Translations under genes and position numbers: made by a program | From: Paracoccaceae bacterium | Lineage (GTDB): Bacteria; Pseudomonadota; Alphaproteobacteria; Rhodobacterales; Rhodobacteraceae | Assembly: GCA_007695345.1 (NCBI GenBank) | Contig: REDZ01000073.1 | Span: 9,621 to 73,620, forward strand | Reading direction: 5' to 3' | Length of the DNA stretch: 64,000 bases | The notes under the pieces: model-generated | The model's database searches: none | Told to the model about the DNA's origin: nothing | Seen by the model: the letters and a program-made list of their open reading frames with translations, nothing else | Shown here: piece by piece, positions 38,419 to 48,552 of the stretch | Position numbering within the stretch: the first letter of the stretch is position 1 | Layout: every line of letters begins with the position of its first letter

Positions 38419-39585
38419 TCAGACGTTCCGTTTCAGCGTATCGACCAGATCCATACGCTCCCAAGAGAACCCGCCATCCGCATCGGGTGCCCGCCCGAAA
38501 TGGCCATAGGCGGCGGTGCGCGCATAGATCGGGCGGTTCAGCCCCAGATGGGTGCGAATGCCCAGCGGGGTCAGGTCCATCGACTGCGCGATTGCGTGTT
38601 CGATCGCTTCATCCTCGACCTGCCCGGTGCCATGCGTATCGACATAGATCGACAGCGGCCGCGCAACCCCGATTGCGTAGGAAATCTGCAGCGTGCAGCG
38701 CCGCGCCAGCCCTGCCGCGACCACGTTCTTTGCCAGATACCGCGCCGCGTAGGCCGCCGAACGGTCCACCTTGGTCGGGTCCTTCCCGGAAAACGCTCCG
38801 CCCCCATGCGGGGCCGACCCGCCATAGGTATCGACGATGATCTTGCGCCCTGTCAGCCCGGCATCGCCATCGGGCCCGCCGATCACGAAGGTCCCTGTCG
38901 GGTTCACCCACCATTCGGTCCGCTCGGTCAGCCAGTCAGCAGGCAGAACCTCGCGGATATGGGGCTCCACGATCGCGCGGATATCATCCGAGCTTTGTGC
39001 GGCATCCGCATGCTGGGTCGAGAGTACAAGCTGTGTCACCTCGACGGGCTTGCCGCCCTCATAGCGCAGAGAGAGCTGCGTTTTCGCATCGGGCCGCAGG
39101 CTTGGTTCGGCGCCGGATTTGCGGGCTTCGGCCAGACGGCGCAGGATAGCGTGGGAATACTGGATCGGCGCGGGCATCAGATCGGGTGTCTCGTCCACCG
39201 CATAGCCGAACATGATCCCCTGATCACCGGCCCCGTCCTGCGATACGCCTTGCCAGATATGGGCGGATTGCTCATGCAGGAAATTCAGCACATGGCAGGT
39301 GTTCCAGTGGAATTTGTCCTGCTCGTACCCGATATCCTTGATGCAGTCGCGCGCGATCTGGGGGATGCGGCCCATGTAATCCTTCAGCCGATCCGGATCG
39401 CTCAGCCCGACCTCACCGCCGATGACGACCAGCGACGATGTTGCAAAGGTCTCACACGCGACCCGCGCGGTTTCCTCTTCCGCCAGCAGAGCATCCAGCA
39501 CCGCATCTGAGATGCGGTCGCAGACCTTGTCGGGGTGCCCCTCGGATACGGATTCAGAGGTGAAAATGTAATTCTGCCGCGCCAT
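38419..39585 (-). CDS. metK: S-adenosylmethionine synthase
   Basis: [48 protein letters not shown]. Confidence 0.95.
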   Translation of the reverse strand: MARQNYIFTSESVSEGHPDKVCDRISDAVLDALLAEEETARVACETFATSSLVVIGGEVGLSDPDRLKDYMGRIPQIARDCIKDIGYEQDKFHWNTCHVLNFLHEQSAHIWQGVSQDGAGDQGIMFGYAVDETPDLMPAPIQYSHAILRRLAEARKSGAEPSLRPDAKTQLSLRYEGGKPVEVTQLVLSTQHADAAQSSDDIRAIVEPHIREVLPADWLTERTEWWVNPTGTFVIGGPDGDAGLTGRKIIVDTYGGSAPHGGGAFSGKDPTKVDRSAAYAARYLAKNVVAAGLARRCTLQISYAIGVARPLSIYVDTHGTGQVEDEAIEHAIAQSMDLTPLGIRTHLGLNRPIYARTAAYGHFGRAPDADGGFSWERMDLVDTLKRNV

Positions 39586-39701
39586 GCCTGCCCACCCGTT
39601 CTGTCGCTACCCGTGCGCACCACAAACGCCCGGATATTCCACGTTGCAATAAAGTTGCCATTAGCAAGAAAGCACAGGGGCGGCAACTGGCCTGCGCAGG
39701 G

Positions 39702-40427
39702 TCAGGCGCGCTCTTCCAGCACCTGTTCGAGGAAGGCCTGCACCTCTGGACCGATCCCCTCCACGATCAGCGCGACACCGTCGGCATTGGGGTGGATATG
39801 ATCGTCCTGCATCAGATCGGAAAAGCTCTGACCGGCCTCGGCCTTGTCGGACAGGGGCTGCATGAAATCGGGGTAAAGCCGCACGTCATGGATGCCCGCC
39901 AGATCAATATACATCCGATCGAAGGCGCGCTGGAACTCGGGGCCGTAATTTCCCGGCGCGGGCAGCCCGGCCAGCATGGCCGGTATCCCTTCGCGTCCCA
40001 GCCGTGACAATATGCCGTCCAGGTTTTCGCGGCTGGCCTCCGGGTTGATCCCGCGCAACAGGTCATTGCCGCCCAGAATCACCAGCATCGCATCCACGGG
40101 CTCGGCGAGTGTCCAGTCCATCCGTGACAGCCCGCCCGCCGTGGTATCGCCCGAGACGCCCGCATTGATCACTTCCACGTCAAGCCCCTGACCCTGCAAC
40201 CAGCCTTGCAGTTGCGGCACGAACCCGTCATCGCTGGGCAACCCGTAGCCTTGAGTCAGGGAATCCCCCAGCGCCACAAGCCGCAACGGTTCAGACGCGG
40301 CACCGACGGGAATTGCCAGCAGCAGCGTTAGCGCTGCAAGCGCCGCAGTGCAGCGGTTGCCGATTGCCCGCGCGGCCCCATATGCTTGGGACGCCGCGGC
40401 TTGAAGGATGGTTTGAATGACGGACAT
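39702..40427 (-). CDS. SGNH/GDSL arylesterase / thioesterase I-like (TesA-like)
   Basis: Signal peptide, block I LGDSLTQGYG, block III GGNDLLRG, block V DHIHPN. ATG at 40427. Confidence 0.8.
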   Translation of the reverse strand: MSVIQTILQAAASQAYGAARAIGNRCTAALAALTLLLAIPVGAASEPLRLVALGDSLTQGYGLPSDDGFVPQLQGWLQGQGLDVEVINAGVSGDTTAGGLSRMDWTLAEPVDAMLVILGGNDLLRGINPEASRENLDGILSRLGREGIPAMLAGLPAPGNYGPEFQRAFDRMYIDLAGIHDVRLYPDFMQPLSDKAEAGQSFSDLMQDDHIHPNADGVALIVEGIGPEVQAFLEQVLEERA

Positions 40428-41118
40428 GGTTCTCTCGCTGAAGGATGTGGACCTGACATTGCAGGGCAATGCGGGGCCGGTGCATATTCTGCGCGATATA
40501 ACGCTGGATGTGCCACGCGGCGAGACATTGGGCCTGATCGGGCCATCGGGGTCGGGCAAATCGTCGCTCCTCATGCTGATGGGCGGGCTGGAACGCGCGA
40601 CAGACGGGCAGGTGATGGCGCTGGGCCATGATCTGACCAATCTGGGCGAAAACGCGCTGGCCCGGTTTCGCAGAGAGCATATGGGGGTGGTGTTCCAGTC
40701 TTTCCACCTGATCCCCACGATGACAGCCCTTGAAAATGTCGCGACCCCGCTGGAACTGGCAGGTCGCGGCGACGCGTTCGAGCGCGCCGAGGAAGAGTTG
40801 CGCGCGGTCGGGCTGGGCCACCGGATGGATCACTACCCCGCCCAGCTTTCGGGCGGGGAACAGCAGCGCGTCGCGCTGGCGCGGGCCGCCGCCCCGCGCC
40901 CCGATATCCTTCTCGCGGATGAACCGACCGGCAATCTGGATGGCCCGAACGGGCAGGCAATCATGGACATGCTCTTCGGGCTGCGCGACCGGCATGGCGC
41001 GACGCTGATCCTGGTCACTCATGCGCCCGAGCTTGCGGCGCGCTGCGACCGGGTGATCCGGCTGGCGGACGGCGCGATCGCAGGCGAGGATCGCCACCGC
41101 GCAGAGGCCGCCGAATGA
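40417..41118 (+). CDS. ABC transporter ATP-binding protein (YbbA/LolD-like)
   Basis: [28 protein letters not shown]. Divergent from the tesA-like gene, as in the E. coli tesA-ybbA-ybbP arrangement. Confidence 0.85.
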   Translation: MTDMVLSLKDVDLTLQGNAGPVHILRDITLDVPRGETLGLIGPSGSGKSSLLMLMGGLERATDGQVMALGHDLTNLGENALARFRREHMGVVFQSFHLIPTMTALENVATPLELAGRGDAFERAEEELRAVGLGHRMDHYPAQLSGGEQQRVALARAAAPRPDILLADEPTGNLDGPNGQAIMDMLFGLRDRHGATLILVTHAPELAARCDRVIRLADGAIAGEDRHRAEAAE

Positions 41119-43646
41119 GCTCCATCGCCTGGAACATCGCCCGGCGCGAACTGCGTGGCGGCTTGCGCGGCTTCTGGGTGTTCCTGGCCTGTCTGACGCT
41201 GGGTGTGGGCGCAATTGCCGCGGTGGGGTCGGTGCGCGGGGCCATTGATGACGGGCTGGCGCGCGAAGGGGCGACGCTGCTGGGGGGGGATGCGGAGCTG
41301 CGCATGACCTACCGTTTCGCCACCGAGGACGAGCGCGCCTGGATGGACGGATTTGCCGAACAGGTGTCCGAGGTGGTCGATTTCCGCTCCATGGCGATTG
41401 CCGGAACAGGCGATGATGCCGAACGCTCGGTCACGCAGGTCAAGGGCGCGGATTCCGCCTATCCGCTGGTGGGCACCGTGGGGCTGGCGCCTGCGATGCC
41501 GCTCGAACAGGCGCTGGCCGATCAGGACGGGCTGCCCGGTGGCGTGATGGAGCCGATCCTGGCTGAACGTCTGGGGCTGGAGATTGGCGATACCTTTCGC
41601 CTTGGCGTCCAGGAGTTTCGCCTGACTGCGCATCTGACGCGTGAACCGGATGGACTGGGGGCGAATTTCGGCTTTGGCCCGCGCACGCTGGTGCGGACGA
41701 ATGCGCTGGAGAATGCGGAATTGCTGGGGCCCGGCACGCTTTATGAGGTGAATTACCGGCTGCTGCTGCCAGGCCAGACCCTTGATACGGCGCGAGCCGC
41801 CACTGTGGCCGAATTCGACGGCGCAGGCGTGCGCTGGCGCGACAGCCGCAACGCAGCCCCGCAGATCCGCAATGTGATCGAGCGGATATCGTCGTTCCTG
41901 GTGCTGGTGGGGATTGCCGGGCTTGCGGTGGGGGGCGTGGGCGTGTCAGCGGCGGTGCGGACCTATCTTGATGGCAAGACCAGGGTGATTGCCACGCTCA
42001 AGACCATCGGGGCCGAAAGCCGCACGATCTTTGCCGTGTATTTCCTGCAGATCGGGGTGCTGACCGCGCTGGGGCTGGTGCTGGGGCTGGCATTGGGGGC
42101 GGTGGTGCCCTTTGCGGTCGCGCCGCTTGTCGCCGATCAGGTGCCGGTCGATCTGGTGGTGGGGCTGCAGCCCCAGGCGCTGCTCGAGGCTGCGATTTAC
42201 GGTGCGATGACGGCGCTGATCTTCACGCTCTGGCCGCTGGCCCGGACCGAAGAGGTGCGCGCCGCGGCAATCTTTCGCGGCACGACCGAAGGCAGCGGGC
42301 GCTGGCCGCGCTGGCCCTATATGCTTGCGACCCTCGCGCTGGTGGGGGGGCTGATCCTGACCACGGCCTGGTTCGCCGCCGTGCCGATGCTGGCCTATGC
42401 GACTGCGGGCGGGGTGATCGCGGCGCTGGCCGTGCTGACCGGCGCGGCGTTTCTGGTGCGCCTGCTGGCGCGCAGGCTGGCGCGCGCGCGCGCCTTGCGC
42501 GGACGTACTGCGCTGCGCATGGCGATGGGCGCGATCAGCAACCCGCGTGAAGGGGCGACTGCGGTGATCCTGTCGCTGGGGCTGGGGCTGACCGTGCTGG
42601 CGGCCGTGGGCCAGATCGACAGCAATCTGCGCCGCGCCATCGCGCTCGACCTGCCCGACCGCGCGCCCAGCTACTTCTTTCTCGACATCCAGAATGACCA
42701 GCTTGAGGGGTTTTTGTCGCGCCTGGACGATGACGACAATGTTGACCGTGTTGAAACCGCGCCGATGCTGCGCGGGGTCATCTCTGCGCTGAACGGGGTT
42801 CCGGCGCGGGAACATCCGCGTGCGGGCCATTGGGTGCTGCGGGGCGATCGCGGCGTGACCTATGCAGCGACCATGCCCGAGGGCACCCGCCTGACGGCGG
42901 GTGAGTGGTGGGCAGAAGATTATGACGGCCCGCCGCTGGTCAGTTTCGGGGCCGAACAGGCGGCGGAACTGGGCCTGAACGTGGGGGACACCGTGACGGT
43001 CAATATTCTTGGCCGGGATGTGACGGCCGAGATCGCAAACCTGCGCGAGGTCGATTTCTCGACCGGTGGAATCGGATTTGTGATGGCATTGTCGCCCGAG
43101 CCGATCCGCTCTGCCCCCCATACGCATATCGCGACCGTCTATGCGTTGGAGGCCGCCGAGGGCGCGATTCTGCGCGAGCTGTCCAATGCCTATCCCAACA
43201 TCACTGCGATCCGCGTGCGCGAAGCCGCCGAGCGCGTGACCGAGGCGCTGTCGACCATGGCCACGGCCACGCGCTATGCGGCGCTGGCCACATTGCTGAC
43301 GGGCTTTGTCGTGCTGATCGGGGCCGCAGCGGCGGGTGAGCGCGCGCGGGTGTTCGAGGCCGCGGTGATGAAGACACTGGGCGCCACGCGCGGTCGCATC
43401 CTGGCCAGTTTCGCGCTACGCGCGGCCATGATGGGGGCGGCGGCGGGGCTGGTTGCCCTGGGCGCGGCGGCACTGGCGGCCTGGGGTGTGATGCGTTTCG
43501 TGATGGAATCGAGCTACCAGTTCGAGCCCGTCTCGGCCGTCGCCATCGTGCTGGGAGGGATCGTGGCGACATTGCTGGCCGGTCTGGTTTTTGCCCTGCG
43601 CCCGCTGGCAGTGCGCCCGGCGCAGACGCTACGCGCACAGGATTGA
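41115..43646 (+). CDS. ABC transporter permease, FtsX-like duplicated (YbbP-like)
   Basis: 843 aa with two FtsX-type TM bundles. ATGA overlap with the ATPase gene. Confidence 0.85.
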   Translation: MSSIAWNIARRELRGGLRGFWVFLACLTLGVGAIAAVGSVRGAIDDGLAREGATLLGGDAELRMTYRFATEDERAWMDGFAEQVSEVVDFRSMAIAGTGDDAERSVTQVKGADSAYPLVGTVGLAPAMPLEQALADQDGLPGGVMEPILAERLGLEIGDTFRLGVQEFRLTAHLTREPDGLGANFGFGPRTLVRTNALENAELLGPGTLYEVNYRLLLPGQTLDTARAATVAEFDGAGVRWRDSRNAAPQIRNVIERISSFLVLVGIAGLAVGGVGVSAAVRTYLDGKTRVIATLKTIGAESRTIFAVYFLQIGVLTALGLVLGLALGAVVPFAVAPLVADQVPVDLVVGLQPQALLEAAIYGAMTALIFTLWPLARTEEVRAAAIFRGTTEGSGRWPRWPYMLATLALVGGLILTTAWFAAVPMLAYATAGGVIAALAVLTGAAFLVRLLARRLARARALRGRTALRMAMGAISNPREGATAVILSLGLGLTVLAAVGQIDSNLRRAIALDLPDRAPSYFFLDIQNDQLEGFLSRLDDDDNVDRVETAPMLRGVISALNGVPAREHPRAGHWVLRGDRGVTYAATMPEGTRLTAGEWWAEDYDGPPLVSFGAEQAAELGLNVGDTVTVNILGRDVTAEIANLREVDFSTGGIGFVMALSPEPIRSAPHTHIATVYALEAAEGAILRELSNAYPNITAIRVREAAERVTEALSTMATATRYAALATLLTGFVVLIGAAAAGERARVFEAAVMKTLGATRGRILASFALRAAMMGAAAGLVALGAAALAAWGVMRFVMESSYQFEPVSAVAIVLGGIVATLLAGLVFALRPLAVRPAQTLRAQD

Positions 43647-43695
43647 GCGCGGGGCATCCGGTCCTGCGCGGTGCTGTGCCGAGGTGTCGGCAGGT

Positions 43696-43719
43696 GAGTA
43701 TTTTTGGCAAGATGAAGCC
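43696..43719 (+). repeat. 24-nt AT-rich intergenic repeat, copy 2 (GAGTATTTTTGGCAAGATGAAGCC)
   Basis: Identical 24-mer at 62824-62847. Confidence 0.75.
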
Positions 43720-43731
43720 GTGTGGGAACAC

Positions 43732-44859
43732 TCAGGGTCTGAACTGGTCCATGAACCGGGCGTCGATACGGTCCTTGAGCCACCAGAGCCAGCGCCCTTC
43801 GAGCGGCAGTGACCATTTGTCGGCCAGCGCGGATTTGCCGCCCAGCGAGACAAGCTTGAGATAGTCGCGCTGCGGGTGATAGGCGCGCAGGTCGCCCGCG
43901 CCCAGGGCAGCGCGCAGGTTGCGCAGCAGAAAGGGGGCCTGCCGGACAGCATAGACCCCGGCCTTGGCGCGCGGGGCATGGGCCATATGCGCGCAGTCGC
44001 CGACAGCGAAGATGGCAGGGTCCGTGATGGAGCGCAGGTAAGGATCGACGGTGACATAGCCATCGCTCAGGTGCAGGCCGGTCGCACCCAGCCAGCCCTG
44101 CGGGCGCGATCCGGCCGCCCCCAGCACTAGGCTTGCGGGGATCTCGCGCCCATCGGCGAGGATCAGACCGCTGCCGGTCACACCGCTGGGGTTAGTCTGT
44201 TCGATGCAGGTGATGCCGGCGCGGTCCAGATGCAGGCGCAGCCGCCCGCGCGCGCGGGCGCCCAGATGGGGCAGCAGCGGGCCTGCATCGATCACGGTGA
44301 TTTCCGGGTCATGCCCGCGCAACCTGTGCGCCATGGCAAGCGCCAGTTCCACTCCGGCCACGCCGCCGCCGATCACGGCGATATGGGGCTGGGTGGCCCC
44401 GGCCTCGACCTGTTTGCTCCAGTGCTCCCATCGCTGTGCATAGGTGCCCAGCGGCTTGGCCGAGACAGCATGTTCCGCATAGCCTGGCATCTGCGGCAGG
44501 TCGGACGTGATGCCGATATCTAGCGAGGCGATGTCATAGCCCAGTGCCGTGCCATCCGCGAGCTGTATCGCGCGCGCCGCGCGGTCCAGCCCCGCTGCAC
44601 GCCCGAGGATCAGCCGCGCGCCGGCGCGTCTGCACAGATGCGCAAGGTCGATCTCGAGCGCGTCGCGGCTGTAATGGCCAGCGATGAAGCCCGGCAGCAT
44701 GCCGGTATACGGGGCGGTCGGTTCCGGCGTGAGCAAACTGAGCGCCACGCCGGGAAGCGGCGCGCGCGCCCAGTGATGCAGGACCAGCGCATGGGTGTGC
44801 CCGCCCCCAACCAGAACAAGATTGCGCTGCTGCGCCACTGCTTTGTCGCCATGCTCCAT
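43732..44859 (-). CDS. FAD-dependent pyridine nucleotide-disulfide oxidoreductase family protein
   Basis: LVLVGGGHTHA and AVIGGGVAGVE dinucleotide-binding motifs, plus AVGDCA. ATG at 44859. Confidence 0.7.
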   Translation of the reverse strand: MEHGDKAVAQQRNLVLVGGGHTHALVLHHWARAPLPGVALSLLTPEPTAPYTGMLPGFIAGHYSRDALEIDLAHLCRRAGARLILGRAAGLDRAARAIQLADGTALGYDIASLDIGITSDLPQMPGYAEHAVSAKPLGTYAQRWEHWSKQVEAGATQPHIAVIGGGVAGVELALAMAHRLRGHDPEITVIDAGPLLPHLGARARGRLRLHLDRAGITCIEQTNPSGVTGSGLILADGREIPASLVLGAAGSRPQGWLGATGLHLSDGYVTVDPYLRSITDPAIFAVGDCAHMAHAPRAKAGVYAVRQAPFLLRNLRAALGAGDLRAYHPQRDYLKLVSLGGKSALADKWSLPLEGRWLWWLKDRIDARFMDQFRP

Positions 44860-44923
44860 CGTCTTTGTGCCTAGCCTGCGGGCGGGGCAAAGGCGAGGGG
44901 CCGTTCTGCGACATCTTGGCGTA

Positions 44924-45751
44924 TCAGCGGCCACGCACCCAACTATCGGCGTTGCGCGGGCGGCCCAGCCGCACGGCAAGCGCGACGCTGGCATAAACGA
45001 CAAATCCCAGCGGGTCGGCGCGCAACAGGGGCAGCAGGGGGGCAGGGGGCTTGGCATCATTGCCGACCAGCTGCGGGTAGTGTTCCGCGATCTGGGCCAC
45101 GCCCCGATCCTGCCTGCGCCGCACCCGCACGAGATTGGCGAACCCCTCGACCATTGGCCACTGATAGCTTGCGCCAAGCTGAACACGCTCGGACGGGGTA
45201 AAGTGCAGCCGCACGAATGTGTCATCCGAGATGATATCGGGAAACGCGCCCCAGCGCGCGCGCCCGGCAGCATTGACAGCAAAGAGCCCGAAGCCCGGTG
45301 CTGCATCGCGCATGAAGGGGACCTGCTGCCAGAGCCGCGCATATAGCCTTGTGGCACGGCTGGTTGCCGGGGCGATGACCGGGGTGCCCGTGACATAGCG
45401 CGGCGCGGGCACCTGCAAGGCGTGCGCCAGTTCAGGCAGCAGGGCAGGGGAGAGGGTGACATCGGCATCGAGATACGCGCGCAGTGTGCCGCGCGCCGCA
45501 TCGTCCCCGGTATTGAGCGCGGCGATCTTGCTGCCCTCTGCTTGCTCGATCACCTGTAGCTGCCAGCCGCGCGCCCTGGCCGCGGGCTGGAACCGGCGCG
45601 CGCGTGCGGCCGTGTCATCGTGGCAGCCATTGGCGATGACGATGACCTCGACACTGCAATCAGGCACCGGGTCTGAGGCCAGAAGCGCGTTCAGGCAGGG
45701 GCCGATATGGCCCGCCTCATTGCTGGCCGGGATCAGGATGGAGAGGATCAT
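44924..45751 (-). CDS. Family 2 glycosyltransferase
   Basis: SILIPASNE and the LDADV (DxD) motif. ATGA overlap with the upstream gene. Confidence 0.8.
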   Translation of the reverse strand: MILSILIPASNEAGHIGPCLNALLASDPVPDCSVEVIVIANGCHDDTAARARRFQPAARARGWQLQVIEQAEGSKIAALNTGDDAARGTLRAYLDADVTLSPALLPELAHALQVPAPRYVTGTPVIAPATSRATRLYARLWQQVPFMRDAAPGFGLFAVNAAGRARWGAFPDIISDDTFVRLHFTPSERVQLGASYQWPMVEGFANLVRVRRRQDRGVAQIAEHYPQLVGNDAKPPAPLLPLLRADPLGFVVYASVALAVRLGRPRNADSWVRGR

Positions 45752-47466
45752 GGTGCATCCGCACCGGGGTCGAACCCCACCAGCGCCTGCCAACGGGGGT
45801 TGTGGTCATCCAGATGGCGCAACGCACCCCAGCTGCCCCAGCGGCTGGGCACCGCAACATCCGTGAAATGAACGAATTGACCGGCGCCAGCGTCATGCCA
45901 GCCAGTCAGTAACTCGGTATAAAGCTGCCCCATCCCGTCCGCGTAATTCGTTGCAATGAACAGATCGGTCAGCAACGCGTCCTCGACCACAGGGCCGACA
46001 CCGACCAGATGCGTGCCTGCTTCATAGGCGACAAGCTCGAGCCCCCAGCGCTCGGCCACGTCCAGATGATAGGGCAGGATGTCGCGCAGGAAATGCGCGA
46101 CAGAGCCTGTGTCATCCCCGCTATGCCGTCCATCGCGCAATTCCTCGATCAGCTTGGGAACCATGTTGGCATGGCTTTCGCGCCGGATGAAATCCTCCAG
46201 CGCTGCATCGCGCAGGCCCTGCGCTTCGCCGGCTTCTGCAGCGGCCTTTCGTGCCGCATCAAGCCAGGCGCGCGTCTGGTCGGATTTGGGCTCTTGCCCC
46301 AGATTGGCGCTGAAATAGCCGGTGATGGCATAGGCATCGAACAGATCGGGGGGAAAGGGGTGGGCGGGGTCCTCGGCCTGCCAGCTGCGTGCTTCAAGCT
46401 GATCTTCCAGCCCCAGCCAGCCCGTATGGGTGGCCAGCACGCGTTTCAGACGGTCGCCGTCATCGGCAAAGACCGAATCGAAAATCCGCACCATCTGGGA
46501 CGCGCGCATGGCGTTCCATTCCTGCCAGAGATCGGAGTTGCCCCATCGCGCCTGAGCAGCCTCAGCGGCAGCATCCGCTTGCGTGAAAATGAAATTCCAC
46601 GTCTCATTCGAGAACTCGATCCAGGCGCGCAGATCGGGGGAGAGGCGGTCATGGATCATCCGGGCCATCTGTTCGATGAAATCGTCATCGGCCAGATGCG
46701 GGATATTGAACCACGGTTCGATCCCGGTTTCGTTCGCCAATCTGATCAGTGCTTCCAGCGGTAAGCCATTGCGGGTCCAGACATGATCATCCATCTGCGG
46801 GCGGTCCTGCCAGTGCTGCAGGGGTGAGGAATTGGTGGCCATGAAATTCATGAACCGAAGCACGGTAACTCCGTCGATCCGGGCCAGCCAGTCGGGGTTG
46901 AAAATCGCACCCGCCTCATGCGCCGTGATATGGTCCTCGTGCACGATCTCGATATTGCGGATCGGATCGTCCGGGTCGGTCTGGCTGATGGCGACCTGCA
47001 CAAGGCCGGGTCCGGGGGTGAAGCTGAACCAGATCTCCTCTCGTCCGCGTCGGCGCGTCCCGCCGATGCGGCCCGTAATTTCCAGCCGGCCAGACCCTTC
47101 GTGGCGCAGCCGGTAATTTCCGGCAAGCCCGGTGGCATCTTCGGGCAGATCGACCAGCATCAGCGCGGCAATACTCTCCAGGTCATCGGGGACAAAACGC
47201 GGCCAGCCATTGTCATCCAGTGCCCCGGCGTCGCGCAGATCATCCTCGTCCCAGCCGCCGAACTGACCGGGCAGATGGCCGATCCATGTGCGGGCATTCT
47301 TCATCACGTCTATGACGGCGCGCTGCGACTGGTAATCGCTAAGCCGTGCCGTGTTCAGGCCAAGCCAAGGCTCTGTGCCCGCGTCAACGGGCGCGTGCAG
47401 CGGCGCCTCTGCCTGCGCGGCGGTGGCAAGCCCCAGCGCGATCACCGCGGCCCAAGCCCCCCTCAT
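45748..47466 (-). CDS. Secreted protein of unknown function, possible clan GH-A-like glycoside hydrolase
   Basis: Signal peptide ...ATAAQAEA. The EFSNETWN (NE) and VAYEAGTH segments resemble clan GH-A acid/base and nucleophile strands (inference only). Confidence 0.45.
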   Translation of the reverse strand: MRGAWAAVIALGLATAAQAEAPLHAPVDAGTEPWLGLNTARLSDYQSQRAVIDVMKNARTWIGHLPGQFGGWDEDDLRDAGALDDNGWPRFVPDDLESIAALMLVDLPEDATGLAGNYRLRHEGSGRLEITGRIGGTRRRGREEIWFSFTPGPGLVQVAISQTDPDDPIRNIEIVHEDHITAHEAGAIFNPDWLARIDGVTVLRFMNFMATNSSPLQHWQDRPQMDDHVWTRNGLPLEALIRLANETGIEPWFNIPHLADDDFIEQMARMIHDRLSPDLRAWIEFSNETWNFIFTQADAAAEAAQARWGNSDLWQEWNAMRASQMVRIFDSVFADDGDRLKRVLATHTGWLGLEDQLEARSWQAEDPAHPFPPDLFDAYAITGYFSANLGQEPKSDQTRAWLDAARKAAAEAGEAQGLRDAALEDFIRRESHANMVPKLIEELRDGRHSGDDTGSVAHFLRDILPYHLDVAERWGLELVAYEAGTHLVGVGPVVEDALLTDLFIATNYADGMGQLYTELLTGWHDAGAGQFVHFTDVAVPSRWGSWGALRHLDDHNPRWQALVGFDPGADAP

Positions 47467-48470
47467 GATCCATCCCCGGCCTGTGCAGCAACCCCGGTTG
47501 CGGGTATGTCGCGGACAGTTTGCCAGGCGATTTCCTGCATCAGTCGGGCAAGCTCGGCCGGGAGGGCATCGGCGGCGCTGCCATCGGCGCGCGTCACCTC
47601 ATGCGGCAGGCCCCGCGGGTCCATGTGATACAGCGTGGCCAGATGCACCAGTGCGACAAGATACAGGCCTGCGTCATTCAGGTGGATAGGGTCACGAGAC
47701 CCGTAATCCCCGGTCGTGAACAGGTCGTGCCGGTCCGCCATGCCCGGAATGCCGCCTTGCGCTTCGACCTCGCGGACAAGCGCTGCCATGGCCTGGCCAG
47801 CAGGGATGACATGGATGGTGCCGACCTCTGGCCGGGCCATGGCCTGCGCAAGGATCACCCCTTTCCACAAGCTGTCCAGATCCGAGTCCAGACGCGCCAG
47901 CCAGCCATCCCCGATATCGGTGGGGTGCCATGTCTCGTACAGATACAACCGGATATCCGGGGCGTGGGCGCGGGCGTGCGCGGCCCATTCGCCTGCATAT
48001 TGTCCCGAATCGTGCCAGCGGATCGCGTCCTGCAGATCGACCATTTCCGTCATGACAAAGGCGTCGTAATCGCCCGAACCGAGTGCCTCTTGTGCAGGGC
48101 GGAAACCGGGATGTGTGTTCATCTCGGCCATGTCGCGGGCGGGGTCGAGCGTGTCCCAATGCGCGCGCAGGCTGGTGCCCCAGCCGAGCTGGCTGTTATA
48201 GCTGGCCCCGTCCATCCCGGCGGCCTGCGCCAGTTGCTGCACGAAAGCGGGCATGTCGGGGCCGACAAGGGAATGCCCCAGATGAAAGACCGCCATCCCG
48301 TGTTCGGGCGCGGCAAGGGGGGCGGCGTGCAGGCGGGCCATGTCCTCGGGCGGCAGGGACGGGGGCTGCGCCAGAAAGCGCCAGCCCATGAACGCGGCGG
48401 CCCCCACGATGATGGCCCCCAGCGAGGCCCCGAGCCAAAGCCGATTGCGGCGGATAAACCCTGTTTTCAT
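47463..48470 (-). CDS. Membrane-anchored protein of unknown function, possible SGNH-like esterase
   Basis: N-terminal TM anchor. FHLGHSLVG (GDSL-like block I) and DPIHLND (DxxH-like block V); inference only. ATGA overlap with the downstream gene. Confidence 0.45.
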   Translation of the reverse strand: MKTGFIRRNRLWLGASLGAIIVGAAAFMGWRFLAQPPSLPPEDMARLHAAPLAAPEHGMAVFHLGHSLVGPDMPAFVQQLAQAAGMDGASYNSQLGWGTSLRAHWDTLDPARDMAEMNTHPGFRPAQEALGSGDYDAFVMTEMVDLQDAIRWHDSGQYAGEWAAHARAHAPDIRLYLYETWHPTDIGDGWLARLDSDLDSLWKGVILAQAMARPEVGTIHVIPAGQAMAALVREVEAQGGIPGMADRHDLFTTGDYGSRDPIHLNDAGLYLVALVHLATLYHMDPRGLPHEVTRADGSAADALPAELARLMQEIAWQTVRDIPATGVAAQAGDGS

Positions 48471-48552
48471 CTGTCACCCCCGGTGCACAGCCTGTGCTGA
48501 CTGCCTGCTGAATGCACCCTTTGCCTGCGGGTCGGTTCTGAAAATCGCGTGA

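Noticed and set aside
39586-39701. Expected SAM-SAH (Rhodobacterales metK) or SAM-II riboswitch in the metK leader.
   Set aside because: Reading the minus-strand leader, I could not find the conserved core as I remember it (ACAACGGCUUCC... pairing with a GGAG SD) or the SAM-II AAAGCU element. A cmscan with RF01727/RF00521 would settle this. I make no claim without it.
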